In this document: piece after piece, positions 63,706-64,000 of the stretch
Numbering within the stretch: the stretch's first letter is position 1
Layout: every line of letters begins with the position of its first letter
Assembly (NCBI GenBank): GCA_033442325.1
Contig: JAWQFM010000001.1
Coordinates: 1,451,535 to 1,515,534 of the forward strand
Source of the DNA: Salpingoeca rosetta
Taxonomy: Eukaryota > Protista > Choanoflagellata
DNA length: 64,000 nt
Direction: 5' to 3'
Program-made: the position numbers and the translations under genes
Notes under the pieces: model-generated
Databases searched by the model: none
What the model was told of the DNA's origin: nothing
Seen by the model: only the letters and a program-made list of their open reading frames with translations

Positions 63706-64000
63706 CGTCTCCTTCGAGGTGCGTGTTGTTGGAAGTGAACTTGAAGAGGTGCGAAGGAAACCCGCGGAAAAGGTGAATGTGTGAAGGGTACAGGAAAGTG
63801 GCGCAGGAAACACACGTCAAGGTGAGAGTCAAGTGAGAGATGCAAGGGATCTGTCAGGCACAAGAACTTTGTGAGAACGAGCACAAGCAGACGGCAGTGT
63901 CACACCAAAGCAGCTTCAGCACCAGCAGCAGCTTCAGCAGCTTCAGCAGCACCAAACCTCCTCGTTTCGTGTTTTTCCGAATCGGCACAGACGCAAGTCA

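Overview
Eukaryotic, intron-rich genomic DNA whose introns are filled with (CA/TG)n and other microsatellites, with four N-gaps. The gene content (cilia genes, animal-like proteins) and sequence style suggest a choanoflagellate such as Salpingoeca rosetta (inference, not checked). I can reconstruct about 17 spliced or single-exon genes plus one doubtful partial gene. In order: Popeye-domain-like membrane protein, FAD-dependent oxidoreductase, BCAT, sterol C5-desaturase, TMEM192, a large uncharacterised protein with KEN and D-boxes, B9D1, CASD1, a small hypothetical protein, MsrB-like, TADA1, BBS8/TTC8, MCM6, LZTFL1, NUP93, a secreted EF-hand protein and CFAP410. Most long ORFs in the supplied track are microsatellite artefacts. 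Standout observations: (1) a 380-bp compositionally foreign block sits inside a (TG)n intron of CASD1; (2) four cilia genes lie within about 42 kb, three of them head-to-head with non-ciliary genes; (3) an orphan protein has APC/C degron-like motifs and an E2F/CHR-like promoter, echoed at MCM6; (4) the Popeye-like gene is intronless. All family assignments come from recalled motifs, not database searches.
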